Shown here piece by piece: positions 18,367-28,263 of a DNA stretch of 46,015 nucleotides (its first letter is position 1; each line of letters begins with the position of its first letter). Origin of the DNA: Candidatus Methylomirabilota bacterium (GTDB lineage: Bacteria; Methylomirabilota; Methylomirabilia; Rokubacteriales; CSP1-6); contig JBKPAK010000090.1 of NCBI GenBank assembly GCA_046726415.1, positions 1 to 46,015 of the forward strand. Reading direction: 5' to 3'. The notes under the pieces were generated by a model. The model was not told the DNA's origin. It did no database searches and worked only from the letters and a program-made list of their open reading frames with translations. The translations under genes were made by a program, and so were the position numbers.

Positions 18367-20526
18367 TCAGAGCCTGACGCCGTTGCCCCCACCGCGCACG
18401 CGCTCGACGTTGATGACGTCGGGAACTTCGCGGATTGCGCTCATGATCTCTTGAAGTTGGCGCAGGTCGGAGACCTCGATCACGAAGTGGTTGATGCCCT
18501 TGCGGTCATCGGTGACGGTGACGTCGGCCTTGGTGATGTTCCCGTTGCGCGAGGAGATGGCGCCGGTGATCTCCGACAGCAGACCCGGGCGATCGGCCCC
18601 GATGTACACGGCAACGCGGACGGGCCGCTTGGCTGGTTCCGCGATGTCCCACTCCACCTCGATGAGCCGTTCTCGGTCCAGGACGCTCCTGGCCACGGTG
18701 AGACAGTCCCGGCTGTGCACGGTGAGGCCCCGGCCCCGCGTGATGAAGCCGACGATGGGATCGCCGGGGAGAGGAGTACAGCACTTGGCGAAGCGCACCA
18801 GCAGGTCTTCCACCCCGCGGATGCGAACGCCCTGGTCGCTGGTAGCCCGCGTGGCCGCCGCCTTCGAGCGATCGGCGGGCTCCGGGGGCGCGGTGGGTAC
18901 CAGCTTGTTGACGAGCTGGTGCACAGAACTCTTGCCATACCCCACGGCGGCCAGCAGATCGTCCGTGGAGGGATAGCCGAGGTCGGCCGCGATTTTCCTC
19001 AGTTCCTCGCCGCCCAGGAGGGCCGTAGCATTCAGGTGGTGCTTCTTGACCTCTCGCTCGAACAGCTCCTTGCCCAGCGCGATGGAGCGCGTGCGCTCCT
19101 CCACCTTCAGCCACTGATTGATCTTGGACCGCGCGCGCGATGACTTGACGATCTGGAGCCAGTCGCGGCTGGGATGCTGGTTCGGCGACGTGACGATCTC
19201 GACGATGTCGCCCTGCTTGAGCGTGTATCGCAGCGGCACGAGCTTCCCGTTGACCTTCGCCCCCACGCAGTGCTCGCCCACCTTGGTGTGGACGGTGTAC
19301 GCGAAGTCTACCGGGGTGGCTCCTTCCGGCAGTGCCTTGACGTCCCCCTTCGGGGTGAAGACGTAGACCTCGTCGGGCTCGAGGTCCACCCGCACCGCGT
19401 CCATCAGCTCCCGGGCGTCCTGTACGTCCCCATGGGTCTCCAGGAGCTGGCGCAGCCACACCAGGGATTCGTCGAGCTTGTCCTTGCCGCTCTTCTTCTC
19501 TTTGTAGAGCCAGTGGGCGGCGATGCCCTCCTCGGCGATGCGGTGCATGTCCCAGGTGCGGATCTGGATCTCCACCGGGTCACCCTTGGGGCCGATGACC
19601 GTGGTGTGGAGCGACTGGTACATGTTCACTTTCGGCATGGCGATAAAGTCTTTGAAGCGGCCGGGGACGGGCTTCCACAGAGAGTGGATCACGCCGAGGG
19701 CGCCATAGCAGTCGCGCACGGAACTGGTGATGACACGGACGGCCGTCAGGTCGTAGATCTCGTCGAACTCGCGCCCCTGGTCGTGCATCTTCTTCCAGAT
19801 GGAGAAGAAGTGCTTGGGGCGGCCGCGGATCTGCGACTCGATTCCCACCTCGGAGAGCTTGCGCTCGATGATGGCGATAACCTGCGCGATGTCGGTCTCC
19901 CGCTCGAGACGGCGCTTGGCCACCCGCTTTTGGAGATCGACGTACGCCTGGGGCTCGAGGGCCCGGAGGGCCAAGTCCTCGAGTTCCGCCTTCACCTTGG
20001 CCATGCCGAGCCGGTGGGCGAGCGGCGCATAGATGTCCAGGGTCTCCTGGGCGATCTTGCGGGTCTTCTCGGGGGGGAGGTAGTCGAGGGTTCGCATATT
20101 GTGGAGGCGATCGGCCAGCTTGATCATGAGCACGCGCAGGTCGCGCGCCATGGCCACCACCATCTTGCGAAAGTTCTCGGCCTGCCGCTGCTCGCGCGAG
20201 GAGAAGTTCAACTTGCCGATCTTGGTCACGCCGTCCACGAGATCGGCGATTTCTCGGCCGAATTCGCGCTCGAGGTCGGCCTTGGTGGCCGAGGTGTCCT
20301 CCAGCACGTCGTGGAGGAGGCCGGCCGTGACCGTGGTGACGTCCATCCTGAAGTTGACGAGGAGATTGGCCACTTCGAGGGGGTGCGAGAGGTACGGTTC
20401 GCCGGAGGCGCGCTGCTGCCCCTGGTGGGAGACCTCAGAGAACCGATAGGCCCTCGTCACCAGGTCCAGGTCGGCACCCGGTTGGTACTTGGGAATCTGC
20501 TCGATCAGCGCCTGGAGCTGAGTCAA
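18367..20526 (-). CDS. relA: Bifunctional (p)ppGpp synthetase/hydrolase Rel
   Basis: Intact HD motif (LLHDVLED), KLADRLHNMRT, RFKD (RxKD), YQSLHT, TGS domain (VFTPKG), CC motif and ACT tail. Confidence 0.96.
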   Translation of the reverse strand: MTQLQALIEQIPKYQPGADLDLVTRAYRFSEVSHQGQQRASGEPYLSHPLEVANLLVNFRMDVTTVTAGLLHDVLEDTSATKADLEREFGREIADLVDGVTKIGKLNFSSREQRQAENFRKMVVAMARDLRVLMIKLADRLHNMRTLDYLPPEKTRKIAQETLDIYAPLAHRLGMAKVKAELEDLALRALEPQAYVDLQKRVAKRRLERETDIAQVIAIIERKLSEVGIESQIRGRPKHFFSIWKKMHDQGREFDEIYDLTAVRVITSSVRDCYGALGVIHSLWKPVPGRFKDFIAMPKVNMYQSLHTTVIGPKGDPVEIQIRTWDMHRIAEEGIAAHWLYKEKKSGKDKLDESLVWLRQLLETHGDVQDARELMDAVRVDLEPDEVYVFTPKGDVKALPEGATPVDFAYTVHTKVGEHCVGAKVNGKLVPLRYTLKQGDIVEIVTSPNQHPSRDWLQIVKSSRARSKINQWLKVEERTRSIALGKELFEREVKKHHLNATALLGGEELRKIAADLGYPSTDDLLAAVGYGKSSVHQLVNKLVPTAPPEPADRSKAAATRATSDQGVRIRGVEDLLVRFAKCCTPLPGDPIVGFITRGRGLTVHSRDCLTVARSVLDRERLIEVEWDIAEPAKRPVRVAVYIGADRPGLLSEITGAISSRNGNITKADVTVTDDRKGINHFVIEVSDLRQLQEIMSAIREVPDVINVERVRGGGNGVRL

Positions 20527-20570
20527 GCCGGCACGACCTCCTCTGCGTAATCACATAGTTTTACACCTTG

Positions 20571-21551
20571 TCAGGTCTTCGCGGCCGCCTTTTTCCCGGT
20601 CGGAGCCGCCGCGCCCCCCGTGCCGCGGTTCCGGGTCGAGCGACGCAGGCGGCCCTCGACGTACAGGGTCCAGTCCACCACGAGAGCCCCCGCGACGTAG
20701 ATCGTCGAGTACGTCCCCGTGATGACGCCCACGAAGAGGACGAAGGCGAAATCCTGGAGGACTTTGCCCCCGAAAATCAGCAAGATGGCCGTGGAGAAGA
20801 AGACGGTGAGTGAGGTCAGGACGGTCCGTGAGAGGGTCTGGTTCACGGCGTCGTTCATCTGCAGGACGAAGGACCGGCCCCGTTGGGAGAGCTTGCTCCG
20901 GTTCTCCCGCAGGCGGTCATAGGCCACAATAGTGTCATTGACGGAGAAGCCGATGATCGTCAGGAGGGCTGCTAGCACGGGCAGCGAGAACTCCCTATGG
21001 GTCAGGGAGAGCGCGCCCAGGCACACCACGACGTCGTGGAGTACGGCGATCACCGCCGCCGCGCCGCCCTTGAGGTCGAAGCGGACGGCGATGTAGATCA
21101 GGATACCCACCAGGCCGGCGAGGACGGCGTACACCGCCTGGAGCTGCAGCTCGCGGCCCACTTGCGGTCCGACATATTCCACCCGCCGGATCTCGAACTT
21201 GCCCAGGCTGGCGTCTGCCCCCAGCGCGTCCTGGATCTTCTTGGTGACCTCCTGGGAGGTGCTGCCGCTCTTGAGCGGCAGACGCGTGATGAACTCTCGC
21301 CGGTCACCGAACTCCTGGATCACGCTGTCCCCGAGGCCAACCCGGCTCAACGCCGTGCGGATTCGGTCCACCGACGGGGCCTGCTCGAAGCGCACCTGAA
21401 CCAAGGTGCCGCCCGTGAAGTCGATGTCGTAGCGCAGTCCTTGCACCACGAGCGACCCGAGGCCAATGAGGAACACGATCGCCGAAAGGAGGTACGCCCA
21501 CTTTCGCTTCCCGATGAAGTCGTAGTTGGGGCTCGCGAAGAGCTGGATCAA
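20571..21551 (-). CDS. secF: Protein translocase subunit SecF
   Basis: IDFTGGT, VGPQVG, GFSVNDTIVAYDRLRE and QTLSRT motifs. Confidence 0.96.
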   Translation of the reverse strand: MIQLFASPNYDFIGKRKWAYLLSAIVFLIGLGSLVVQGLRYDIDFTGGTLVQVRFEQAPSVDRIRTALSRVGLGDSVIQEFGDRREFITRLPLKSGSTSQEVTKKIQDALGADASLGKFEIRRVEYVGPQVGRELQLQAVYAVLAGLVGILIYIAVRFDLKGGAAAVIAVLHDVVVCLGALSLTHREFSLPVLAALLTIIGFSVNDTIVAYDRLRENRSKLSQRGRSFVLQMNDAVNQTLSRTVLTSLTVFFSTAILLIFGGKVLQDFAFVLFVGVITGTYSTIYVAGALVVDWTLYVEGRLRRSTRNRGTGGAAAPTGKKAAAKT

Positions 21552-23104
21552 ATGGAAATCGCCTCCACTCTCCGCCGCCGCATGTAGATCAGGTCGAACA
21601 GCAAACGCGTGAAGAACACGGCGGTAAACAGGCTAGCCGTCAGCCCCACGAACAGCGAGACGGCGAACCCCTTCACGGGCCCGGTGCCGAAGTTGTAGAG
21701 GATGGCCGCCGTCACCAGCACGGTCACGTGCGTGTCGATGATGGTCCGGAAGGCGCGGCTGAAGCCGGCCTCGATGGCCCCCCGCACCGTCTTGCCCACG
21801 CGCCGCTCCTCCCGGATCCGCTCGAAAATCAGGATGTTGGTGTCCACCGCCATGCCGATGGTCAGCGCGATGCCGGCGATACCGGGCAGGGTCAGCGTGG
21901 CCCCGAAGGCGGCCATCGCGGCGAGCAGGATCAGCAGATTGAGTCCCAGGGCGACGTCGGCGATAAGGCCGGACAGCCGATAGTAGACGAGCATGAACAG
22001 GAACACGAGCACGGCCGAGGCCGCGATGGCGATCATGCCTTGGCGAATGGAATCGGCTCCTAGGGACGGTCCCACCGTCCGCTCCTCGAGAATCTGCACG
22101 GGCGCCGGCAGCGCTCCCGCCCGGAGCACGATGGCCAGGTCGCGCGCTTCCTCCACTGTGAATTGGCCCGTGATGACGGCCCGGCCCCCGGGGATTCGTT
22201 CGTTGATCCGCGGGGCCGAATACACGTTGCCGTCGAGGATGATCGCCAGTTGCTTGCCGACGTTCTGCTCGGTGACTTCGCCAAACCGCCGCGCCCCCTC
22301 GGGGCTGAATTCAATGGCGACCTGCCAGTTGCCGGGGGCGTTGGGATCGGCGGATACTTCGGCGCGCGTCAGCTCGGCCCCCGTGAGGAGCGCCCGCCTC
22401 TGGACCACGATGGGGACTTTCTGCTCCGTCTTGGTGTCCTTGTCCACCCGGCGCTGGTAGAGAAGCTCGGAGCCTTCGGGTATTTGCCCGGCCACCGCCG
22501 CGTCCACAGGGGTGCGATCGTCGACGAGCTTGAACTCCAGCAGCGCGGTCCGCCCGATCAGCGCTTTGGCGCGTTCGGGATCTTGCAGTCCGGGGAGCTG
22601 GACGAGGATGCGATTGTCCCCTTGTCGCGTGATGGTCGGCTCCGCCACGCCGAACTGATCGACGCGGTTGCGGATGGTCTCCACGGCCTGCCGGACGAAC
22701 TCGTCGCGAAGGCGCGCCACTTCACTCGGGCGCAGGGCGAGCACGAAGCGCCCCGCCGCCTGGTCCTCGCTCCGGCGCTCCAGGCTGGGGAATTCGCCCG
22801 TCAGGGTCTGGACGTCGTTCCAGTTCTGCGGCGACGCGAGCTGGACGAGGAAGGCGGTGGTCCCCTCGCGGGCCACCCGCGTCACCCCGATGCCCTTGCG
22901 CTCCAGGGCGCCTTTGAAGTCGGCTGCCAGCCGGTCGATTTGCGCCTCCAGCGCCCGATCGATTTCGACACCGAGGACCAGGTGAATCCCTCCCTGCAGA
23001 TCGAGTCCCAGGTTGATCGTCTTCCGGGGCGGGTACAGGTACCAGAGGGAGGCGAGGGTGATCACGACGACGATCGCCATGCGAATCCAGAGATTTCTAG
23101 GCAT
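21548..23104 (-). CDS. secD: Protein translocase subunit SecD
   Basis: LGLDLQGG, RNRVDQFGVAEP, LRAGALP, VGPSLG and GMAVDTNILIFERIRE motifs. Confidence 0.97.
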   Translation of the reverse strand: MPRNLWIRMAIVVVITLASLWYLYPPRKTINLGLDLQGGIHLVLGVEIDRALEAQIDRLAADFKGALERKGIGVTRVAREGTTAFLVQLASPQNWNDVQTLTGEFPSLERRSEDQAAGRFVLALRPSEVARLRDEFVRQAVETIRNRVDQFGVAEPTITRQGDNRILVQLPGLQDPERAKALIGRTALLEFKLVDDRTPVDAAVAGQIPEGSELLYQRRVDKDTKTEQKVPIVVQRRALLTGAELTRAEVSADPNAPGNWQVAIEFSPEGARRFGEVTEQNVGKQLAIILDGNVYSAPRINERIPGGRAVITGQFTVEEARDLAIVLRAGALPAPVQILEERTVGPSLGADSIRQGMIAIAASAVLVFLFMLVYYRLSGLIADVALGLNLLILLAAMAAFGATLTLPGIAGIALTIGMAVDTNILIFERIREERRVGKTVRGAIEAGFSRAFRTIIDTHVTVLVTAAILYNFGTGPVKGFAVSLFVGLTASLFTAVFFTRLLFDLIYMRRRRVEAISI

Positions 23105-23444
23105 CCTTGTCGCTCGTCGGGGTCCCGATGACCCGTCCTACGGCAGCCCGGTCGAATTCCAGCTTCACCTGGTCCGTCACCCGAAGGGTAATCGTTTGCT
23201 CGTTGAGCGCCGTGATGGTTCCGTGCAGCCCGCTGGCGGTCACCACCCGGTCGCCTCGCTTGAGACCGTCGAGCATGCGCTGGCGGTCAGCCTTCTGCTT
23301 CTGCTGGGGACGGATCAAGAGGAAGTAGAAGATCGCAAAGATCGCACCGAAGAAGAGGACTTGGGTGATCCAGGCGCCGGAGCCGCTCCCGCTCGGGGGG
23401 GCCATGCCGGCGAGCACGAGGTCGGCGCCGTACGGAAACGCCAT
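23097..23444 (-). CDS. yajC: Preprotein translocase subunit YajC
   Basis: FYFLLIRPQQK and LKRGDRVVTASGLHG motifs; tgt-yajC-secD order. Confidence 0.95.
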   Translation of the reverse strand: MAFPYGADLVLAGMAPPSGSGSGAWITQVLFFGAIFAIFYFLLIRPQQKQKADRQRMLDGLKRGDRVVTASGLHGTITALNEQTITLRVTDQVKLEFDRAAVGRVIGTPTSDKDA

Positions 23445-23450
23445 GGGAAA

Positions 23451-24614
23451 TTAGGCCTCCCTCTCGGAGATGTGTCCGCCTTCGGGGATACAGCCGAGCG
23501 AGAGGGATGATACTGCATATCGATCGAAAAACCGAGCCTTGAATGCCTCGAATGCGCCTGCCGCGATGGCCTCGCGCACATCCGTCATCAGGCGCGCGAA
23601 GAAGTGCAGATTGTGAAGCGATAGCATCCGGTAGGCTAGCAATTCCTCTGACATCCAGAGATGCCGCAGGTAGGCGCGCGAGCACCGGCGGCAGGCGTAG
23701 CAGGGACATCCTTCCTCGAGCGGCCCCGGATCGCGGGCAAATCGCGCCTGCTTGATGGACAGGGGGCCGTCGGCGGTGAAGCACTGGCCGTTGCGAGCGT
23801 TGCGCGTGGGAAGGACGCAATCGAACATGTCGACGCCGCGTGCCACCGCTTCGATGAGGTCCTCGGGCTTGCCGACCCCCATCAGATAGCGCGCGCGGTC
23901 GGTGGGCAGTGCGGCCGCGGCCTCCGCGGTCAGATCGTAGAGCAATGCCTTCGGTTCCCCCACGGCCAGCCCGCCGATAGCATAGCCGTCGAAGTCGAGT
24001 GCCACCGTTTCCTGCACCGCCCGCCGGCGGAGATCGACAAAGCTGCCGCCTTGCACGATGCCGAACACGGCCTGGACCGACCCTTCATGGGCGCGAGCGG
24101 CGACCAGCGAGCGCCGGGCCCAGCGCAGGGTGAGGTCGAGCGAAGCCTCGGTCGCCGAGCGCGTCGCTGGATAGGCCAGGCATTCGTCGAGCGGCATCAC
24201 GATGTCGGATCCCAACGCGCGCTGGATGGCGATCACCTCTTCGGGAGAGAGTGCGTGCTCGGCGCCATCGAGCGGCGAGCGGAAACGCACGCCGTCCTCC
24301 GAGACTTTCCTGAGCTTCGACAGGCTGAATATCTGAAATCCCCCGGAATCGGTGAGAATGGGCCCGTCCCACCCCATGAAGCGATGCAGACCCCCCAGCT
24401 CGCGGATGAGGGCGGCTCCGGGGCGGAGAGATAGATGGTAGGTGTTGGCGAGCACGATCTGCGCCCCACTGTCGCGCACGTCCTCAGGCGTGAGACTCTT
24501 CACCGCGCCGCGCGTCCCGACGGGCATGAACACGGGGGTCTCCACCACGCCGTGCGAGGTGCCCAAGCGGCCCCTGCGCGCCGCCCCGTCGACAGCTAGC
24601 AGCTGAAAGCTCAT
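23451..24614 (-). CDS. tgt: tRNA-guanine transglycosylase
   Basis: TPVFMPVGT, LANTYHL, LTDSGGFQ, DMFDCVLPTRNARNG and CxCxxC...H zinc site. Confidence 0.97.
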   Translation of the reverse strand: MSFQLLAVDGAARRGRLGTSHGVVETPVFMPVGTRGAVKSLTPEDVRDSGAQIVLANTYHLSLRPGAALIRELGGLHRFMGWDGPILTDSGGFQIFSLSKLRKVSEDGVRFRSPLDGAEHALSPEEVIAIQRALGSDIVMPLDECLAYPATRSATEASLDLTLRWARRSLVAARAHEGSVQAVFGIVQGGSFVDLRRRAVQETVALDFDGYAIGGLAVGEPKALLYDLTAEAAAALPTDRARYLMGVGKPEDLIEAVARGVDMFDCVLPTRNARNGQCFTADGPLSIKQARFARDPGPLEEGCPCYACRRCSRAYLRHLWMSEELLAYRMLSLHNLHFFARLMTDVREAIAAGAFEAFKARFFDRYAVSSLSLGCIPEGGHISEREA

Positions 24615-24701
24615 GAAAATCGCGGGGCGCGGGGCGTCATTGGTAGCGACGGCGCGTGCTCGGCGTGCACCGTGGGTGGCCTGCTCGCGGGGCGCGGGGA
24701 G

Positions 24702-25739
24702 TCATTCGATCAGGGTGGCGTCGCCGTAGGAGTAGAAGCGGTAGCCGGCGCGCACCGCGTAGGCGTAGGCGGCGAGGATGAGCGCGAGGTCGGCGAAGGC
24801 CGACACCAGCACCAGGAGCGACGAGCGGGGGAGATGAAAGTTCGTCAGGAGGGCATCCACCACGCGGAACGCGTGTCCCGGGCGGATGAACAGATCGACC
24901 TCACCGTCGAGGGGTTCCACCCGCCCAGTGCGTAGGGCCGCCGCCTCGAGGGCCCGCGTGGTCGTCGTGCCCACCGCGACCACGCGTCGCCCCTCATCCC
25001 GCGCCGCGTTGACGGCCTGGGCCACCGAAGGCGGGAGAACAGCGCGCTCGGGCGGCAGCGCCTGAGTGTCGACCTCTGCCGCGCGAAGCGGGCGGAAGGT
25101 GGCGACCCCGACGTGGAGGGTGAGCGCATGGACTTCGATGCCCCGCGCCCGAAGACCGTCGAACAGGGCCGGCGTGAAGTGCAATCCCGCGGTGGGAGCC
25201 GCCACGGAGCCCGGAGGGCGCGCGTAGACGGTCTGGTAGCGTTCCCAGTCCTCGTCGCCCGGCTTGGCGTGGCGCGCGATGTACGGCGGCAGCGGGGGTA
25301 ACCCGTGCCGCGCCATGAGGTTCTCGATGGTTCCGTCGAGCCGCTCGACGACGCGGAATCCTTCGCGGTCCACGGCCACCACGCGCAGGCGTGCGCACTC
25401 CTCGCCGCCCGCCCACAGCACGGCCCCGGGACGGGTATGGCGGCCCGGCCGCGTCAGGGCGCGCCAGCGACCGTGGTCCTCTTGAGCGATGAACACGATC
25501 TCGACCGGGCGGTCACTCCCCGTCGCCCGCGCAAACACGCGAGCGGGGATGACGCGCGAATCGTTGAGCACGACGCAATCGCGCGCGCGGAGCAGTTCGG
25601 GCAGGTCCCCGAAGGTCTGGTCGCGAAACTGGCGGGTGGCGCGATCGATGACGAGGAGTCGGGAGGCGTCGCGTCGCTCGAGGGGCGATTGGGCAACGGC
25701 CGAGCGCGGCAGTGCGTACTCGAACGCGGCGAGGTCCAC
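24702..25739 (-). CDS. queA: S-adenosylmethionine:tRNA ribosyltransferase-isomerase
   Basis: PLPPYI, YQTVYA, SVAAPTAGLHFT, VGTTTTRALE, TNFHLPRSS and YRFYSYGDA; GTG start at 25739. Confidence 0.97.
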   Translation of the reverse strand: MDLAAFEYALPRSAVAQSPLERRDASRLLVIDRATRQFRDQTFGDLPELLRARDCVVLNDSRVIPARVFARATGSDRPVEIVFIAQEDHGRWRALTRPGRHTRPGAVLWAGGEECARLRVVAVDREGFRVVERLDGTIENLMARHGLPPLPPYIARHAKPGDEDWERYQTVYARPPGSVAAPTAGLHFTPALFDGLRARGIEVHALTLHVGVATFRPLRAAEVDTQALPPERAVLPPSVAQAVNAARDEGRRVVAVGTTTTRALEAAALRTGRVEPLDGEVDLFIRPGHAFRVVDALLTNFHLPRSSLLVLVSAFADLALILAAYAYAVRAGYRFYSYGDATLIE

Positions 25740-25808
25740 GCCCCGAGTGTACCGCGGGCCGTCGCCGCCACGCCCTGCCACAGGGGCGCCTGGCTCGAAA
25801 CTTTAGGG

Positions 25809-25841
25809 TTGACGTCTTCGGCTGCTTAAGTACACTTAAGC
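25809..25841 (+). promoter_or_regulatory. bfd-bfr promoter with palindromic operator
   Basis: TTGACG (25809-25814)-N16-TACACT (25831-25836); perfect inverted repeat GCTTAAGT-AC-ACTTAAGC (25824-25841) over the -10. Confidence 0.65.
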
Positions 25842-25858
25842 TTGAGCGAGCGCGAATC

Positions 25859-26035
25859 ATGATCGTGTGTTTGTGCACCGGGGTCCCCGAGCATAGAATC
25901 CTCGCGTCGATCGAGCGCGGCGCGTGTCGCGTCGAGGACCTCGTGCAGGACTGTGGTGCTGGCCGGGACTGTGGTGCCTGCGTGGCGTTCCTGGAGGCGC
26001 TTCTCCTCGAGAAGCAGTCGGTCGCTCGGGTCTAG
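25859..26035 (+). CDS. bfd: Bacterioferritin-associated ferredoxin
   Basis: MIVCLC...GAGRDCGAC (CxC...CxxC), 58 aa, directly upstream of bfr. Confidence 0.9.
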   Translation: MIVCLCTGVPEHRILASIERGACRVEDLVQDCGAGRDCGACVAFLEALLLEKQSVARV

Positions 26036-26071
26036 TCCAGCGCGGCGCCCCGGCGCCGGAGGAGGAGACGC

Positions 26072-26551
26072 GTGCGAGGCGACGACCGCATCATCGCGCT
26101 GCTCAACGACATCCTCACCGCCGAACTCACCGCCATCAACCAGTACTTCATCCACGCCAAGATGTGCGACAACTGGGGTTACCACCGGCTGGAGAAGCGA
26201 ATCCGGGAGGAGTCGTTCGGTGAGATGAAGCATGCCGACCGCCTCATCGAGCGGATTCTCTACCTGGAAGGGGTCCCCAACATGCAGCGGCTCGGCAAGG
26301 TCAACGTCGGCGAGACGGTGCCTGAGCAACTCCGCCTCGACCTGGAGCTGGAGCGTGCGGCCATCGCGCTTCTCAATCAGGGCGTGGAGACGTGCCGATC
26401 GCTGGGCGACAACGGAACCCGGTACCTCCTGGAGGACATCCTGCGCGGCGAGGAAGACCATGTGAACTGGATCGAAGCGCAGCTCGCCCAGATCCAGCAG
26501 ATGGGAGAGGCGCATTACCTCGCCCAGCAGGTGAAGAGAGAGGACCGCTGA
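26072..26551 (+). CDS. bfr: Bacterioferritin
   Basis: [31 protein letters not shown] and EEDH ferroxidase motifs; SD GGAGGAG. Confidence 0.97.
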   Translation: MRGDDRIIALLNDILTAELTAINQYFIHAKMCDNWGYHRLEKRIREESFGEMKHADRLIERILYLEGVPNMQRLGKVNVGETVPEQLRLDLELERAAIALLNQGVETCRSLGDNGTRYLLEDILRGEEDHVNWIEAQLAQIQQMGEAHYLAQQVKREDR

Positions 26552-26561
26552 GGTCGCGCTC

Positions 26562-26894
26562 TCAGCCGACCTTCTGGCCCGGGCTCACGGCGCGCTCAGG
26601 CTCGAGGAGCACCACCTCATCCGCCTCATCGTAGACCCCGAGGACGAGGACCTCGGAGACGAACGGCCCGATCTGCTTGGGGGGAAAGTTCACGACGGCG
26701 ATCACCTGCCGACCGACGAGAACCTCCGGCGTGTAGTGCCGGGTGATCCGAGCGCTGGAACGCTTGACCCCTAGGGACCCGAAGTCGATCCACAAGCGAA
26801 ACGCGGGCTGACGTGCCTCGGGGAACGGCTTGGCTTGGGTGATGGTGCCGGCCCGGATGTCGACCTTCTCGAAATCTGGCCAGGTGATGGACAT
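26562..26894 (-). CDS. csaA: CsaA/Trbp111 family tRNA-binding protein
   Basis: FEKVDIRAGTI, SSARIT and VVNFPPKQIGPFVSEVLVLG; ATG start at 26894. Confidence 0.93.
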   Translation of the reverse strand: MSITWPDFEKVDIRAGTITQAKPFPEARQPAFRLWIDFGSLGVKRSSARITRHYTPEVLVGRQVIAVVNFPPKQIGPFVSEVLVLGVYDEADEVVLLEPERAVSPGQKVG

Positions 26895-26896
26895 GA

Positions 26897-28051
26897 CTAC
26901 GATCCGTTCAGCACGCCCGGTGTCGTTCCCGGATAGTACGTCTCGAGAATTTGACGGGCGGAGTAGCCCTGCTCGGCCATCGCTTTGGCCCCCCACTGGC
27001 ACAGTCCTACGCCGTGGCCATATCCCCGCCCGGCGAACTGCGCGATGTCGCCGTACACCGCCACCGCGAAGAGCGTGCTTTTCAGCGTGTCGTATCCGAT
27101 GACGCGGCGGAAATCGTTGCCGCGCACCCGGGCGCTGCCCCGCGTGCCGTGCACCGTCACCCAGGTGGCCCGCAGCGACAGGGTGCGCTCGGTGACCTCG
27201 ACGGCGGTCACCTGGCCCACTCCCATTTCGTGGCGTCGGAGCATCTCGCCGAGATCGGCGAGCTTCAGGTCGAACGTCCAGTAGAAATGCGGTGAGGTTG
27301 CCGAGAACGCGCAAAGGACCGGCTTGAGCGCCGGCATGTTCCGCGCGGCGAAGACCGTCCGCGGGTCTTCCGTGAACCCCCCGCTATCCGTGTGGTAGAA
27401 GGCGGGAAAGACGTCGCCCTCCCACAGCAAGACCTGGCCGGCCGTCTCGCTGACCGCCGTCCGCACCGGAGACGTTGGCGCCACTCGACCCGCGTACTGT
27501 TGGTGCGCGGTGGAGGCCACGAGATGGTAGGGCTTGCCCGCCCCGAGCACCCGGTGATGGGCCGCGTACGTTCGCACCGCGATGGCCTGTGCCCGCAAAG
27601 CCTCGATGGGCCAGCGCTCTCCGGCCTCGGCGCGGACGACCCCGGCCACGTAGTCCTCGAGGGGCACTTCGTTGACGATCGCAATGCCGTCGCCGCTCCG
27701 GAGCAGATCGATGGTGCCGCTGTACTCGCGACCATTCAGGCGGATGCGCTCACCGGCCAGCCGGAAGCCGGCGGCGCGAAGCCCCTCCATCTCGAGGCCG
27801 GATCCGCTAGGTACGACGCGGACAGAGTCGCTCCGCCGACTGGCCAGCGGGCGGAGCACATCAGCCCGAGGCGGCTCGCCAAGACAACCCGGACAGCCGA
27901 GCTCGCTGATTTCGAGGCCGTCCCCACGCAGTTCCAGGGCCGTCAGCCGCTCGGCGATGGCCACGCGGATAGTGAGGGGGGCAGGCGCCGTCTGCGCTGC
28001 TGCTCCCGTCACCATCACCAGCGTCCCCAACAGCAGGGCCAGCAATCTCAT
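26897..28051 (-). CDS. SpoIID/LytB domain protein (exported, peptidoglycan hydrolase-like)
   Basis: Signal peptide [49 protein letters not shown] and GRGYGHGVGLCQWGA motifs. Confidence 0.92.
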   Translation of the reverse strand: MRLLALLLGTLVMVTGAAAQTAPAPLTIRVAIAERLTALELRGDGLEISELGCPGCLGEPPRADVLRPLASRRSDSVRVVPSGSGLEMEGLRAAGFRLAGERIRLNGREYSGTIDLLRSGDGIAIVNEVPLEDYVAGVVRAEAGERWPIEALRAQAIAVRTYAAHHRVLGAGKPYHLVASTAHQQYAGRVAPTSPVRTAVSETAGQVLLWEGDVFPAFYHTDSGGFTEDPRTVFAARNMPALKPVLCAFSATSPHFYWTFDLKLADLGEMLRRHEMGVGQVTAVEVTERTLSLRATWVTVHGTRGSARVRGNDFRRVIGYDTLKSTLFAVAVYGDIAQFAGRGYGHGVGLCQWGAKAMAEQGYSARQILETYYPGTTPGVLNGS

Positions 28052-28263
28052 CGGCGGCCGAACAGATAGAAGAGCAGCGACAGCACGACGCTGAGGACGA
28101 GCGATGTGGCGAGGGGAAAGTAGAACGACCAGTTGCCGCGCTGGACGTAGATGTCTCCCGGCAGCCGACCCAGCCAGGGGACCCGACCGACGAACGTGAG
28201 AATGACCCCGATCAGCGCGATCAGGAGACCGAGGACGATGAGGGTCTTGCCGATGTCCGTCAT
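28048..28263 (-). CDS. DUF2905 family small membrane protein
   Basis: [10 protein letters not shown] and FYFPLATS motifs, two hydrophobic segments, located after ruvB. Confidence 0.9.
   Translation of the reverse strand: MTDIGKTLIVLGLLIALIGVILTFVGRVPWLGRLPGDIYVQRGNWSFYFPLATSLVLSVVLSLLFYLFGRR

Noticed and set aside
26897-28051. Sporulation capacity implied by the SpoIID domain
   Set aside because: SpoIID/LytB proteins occur widely in non-sporulating bacteria, often in this ruvB-queA context.
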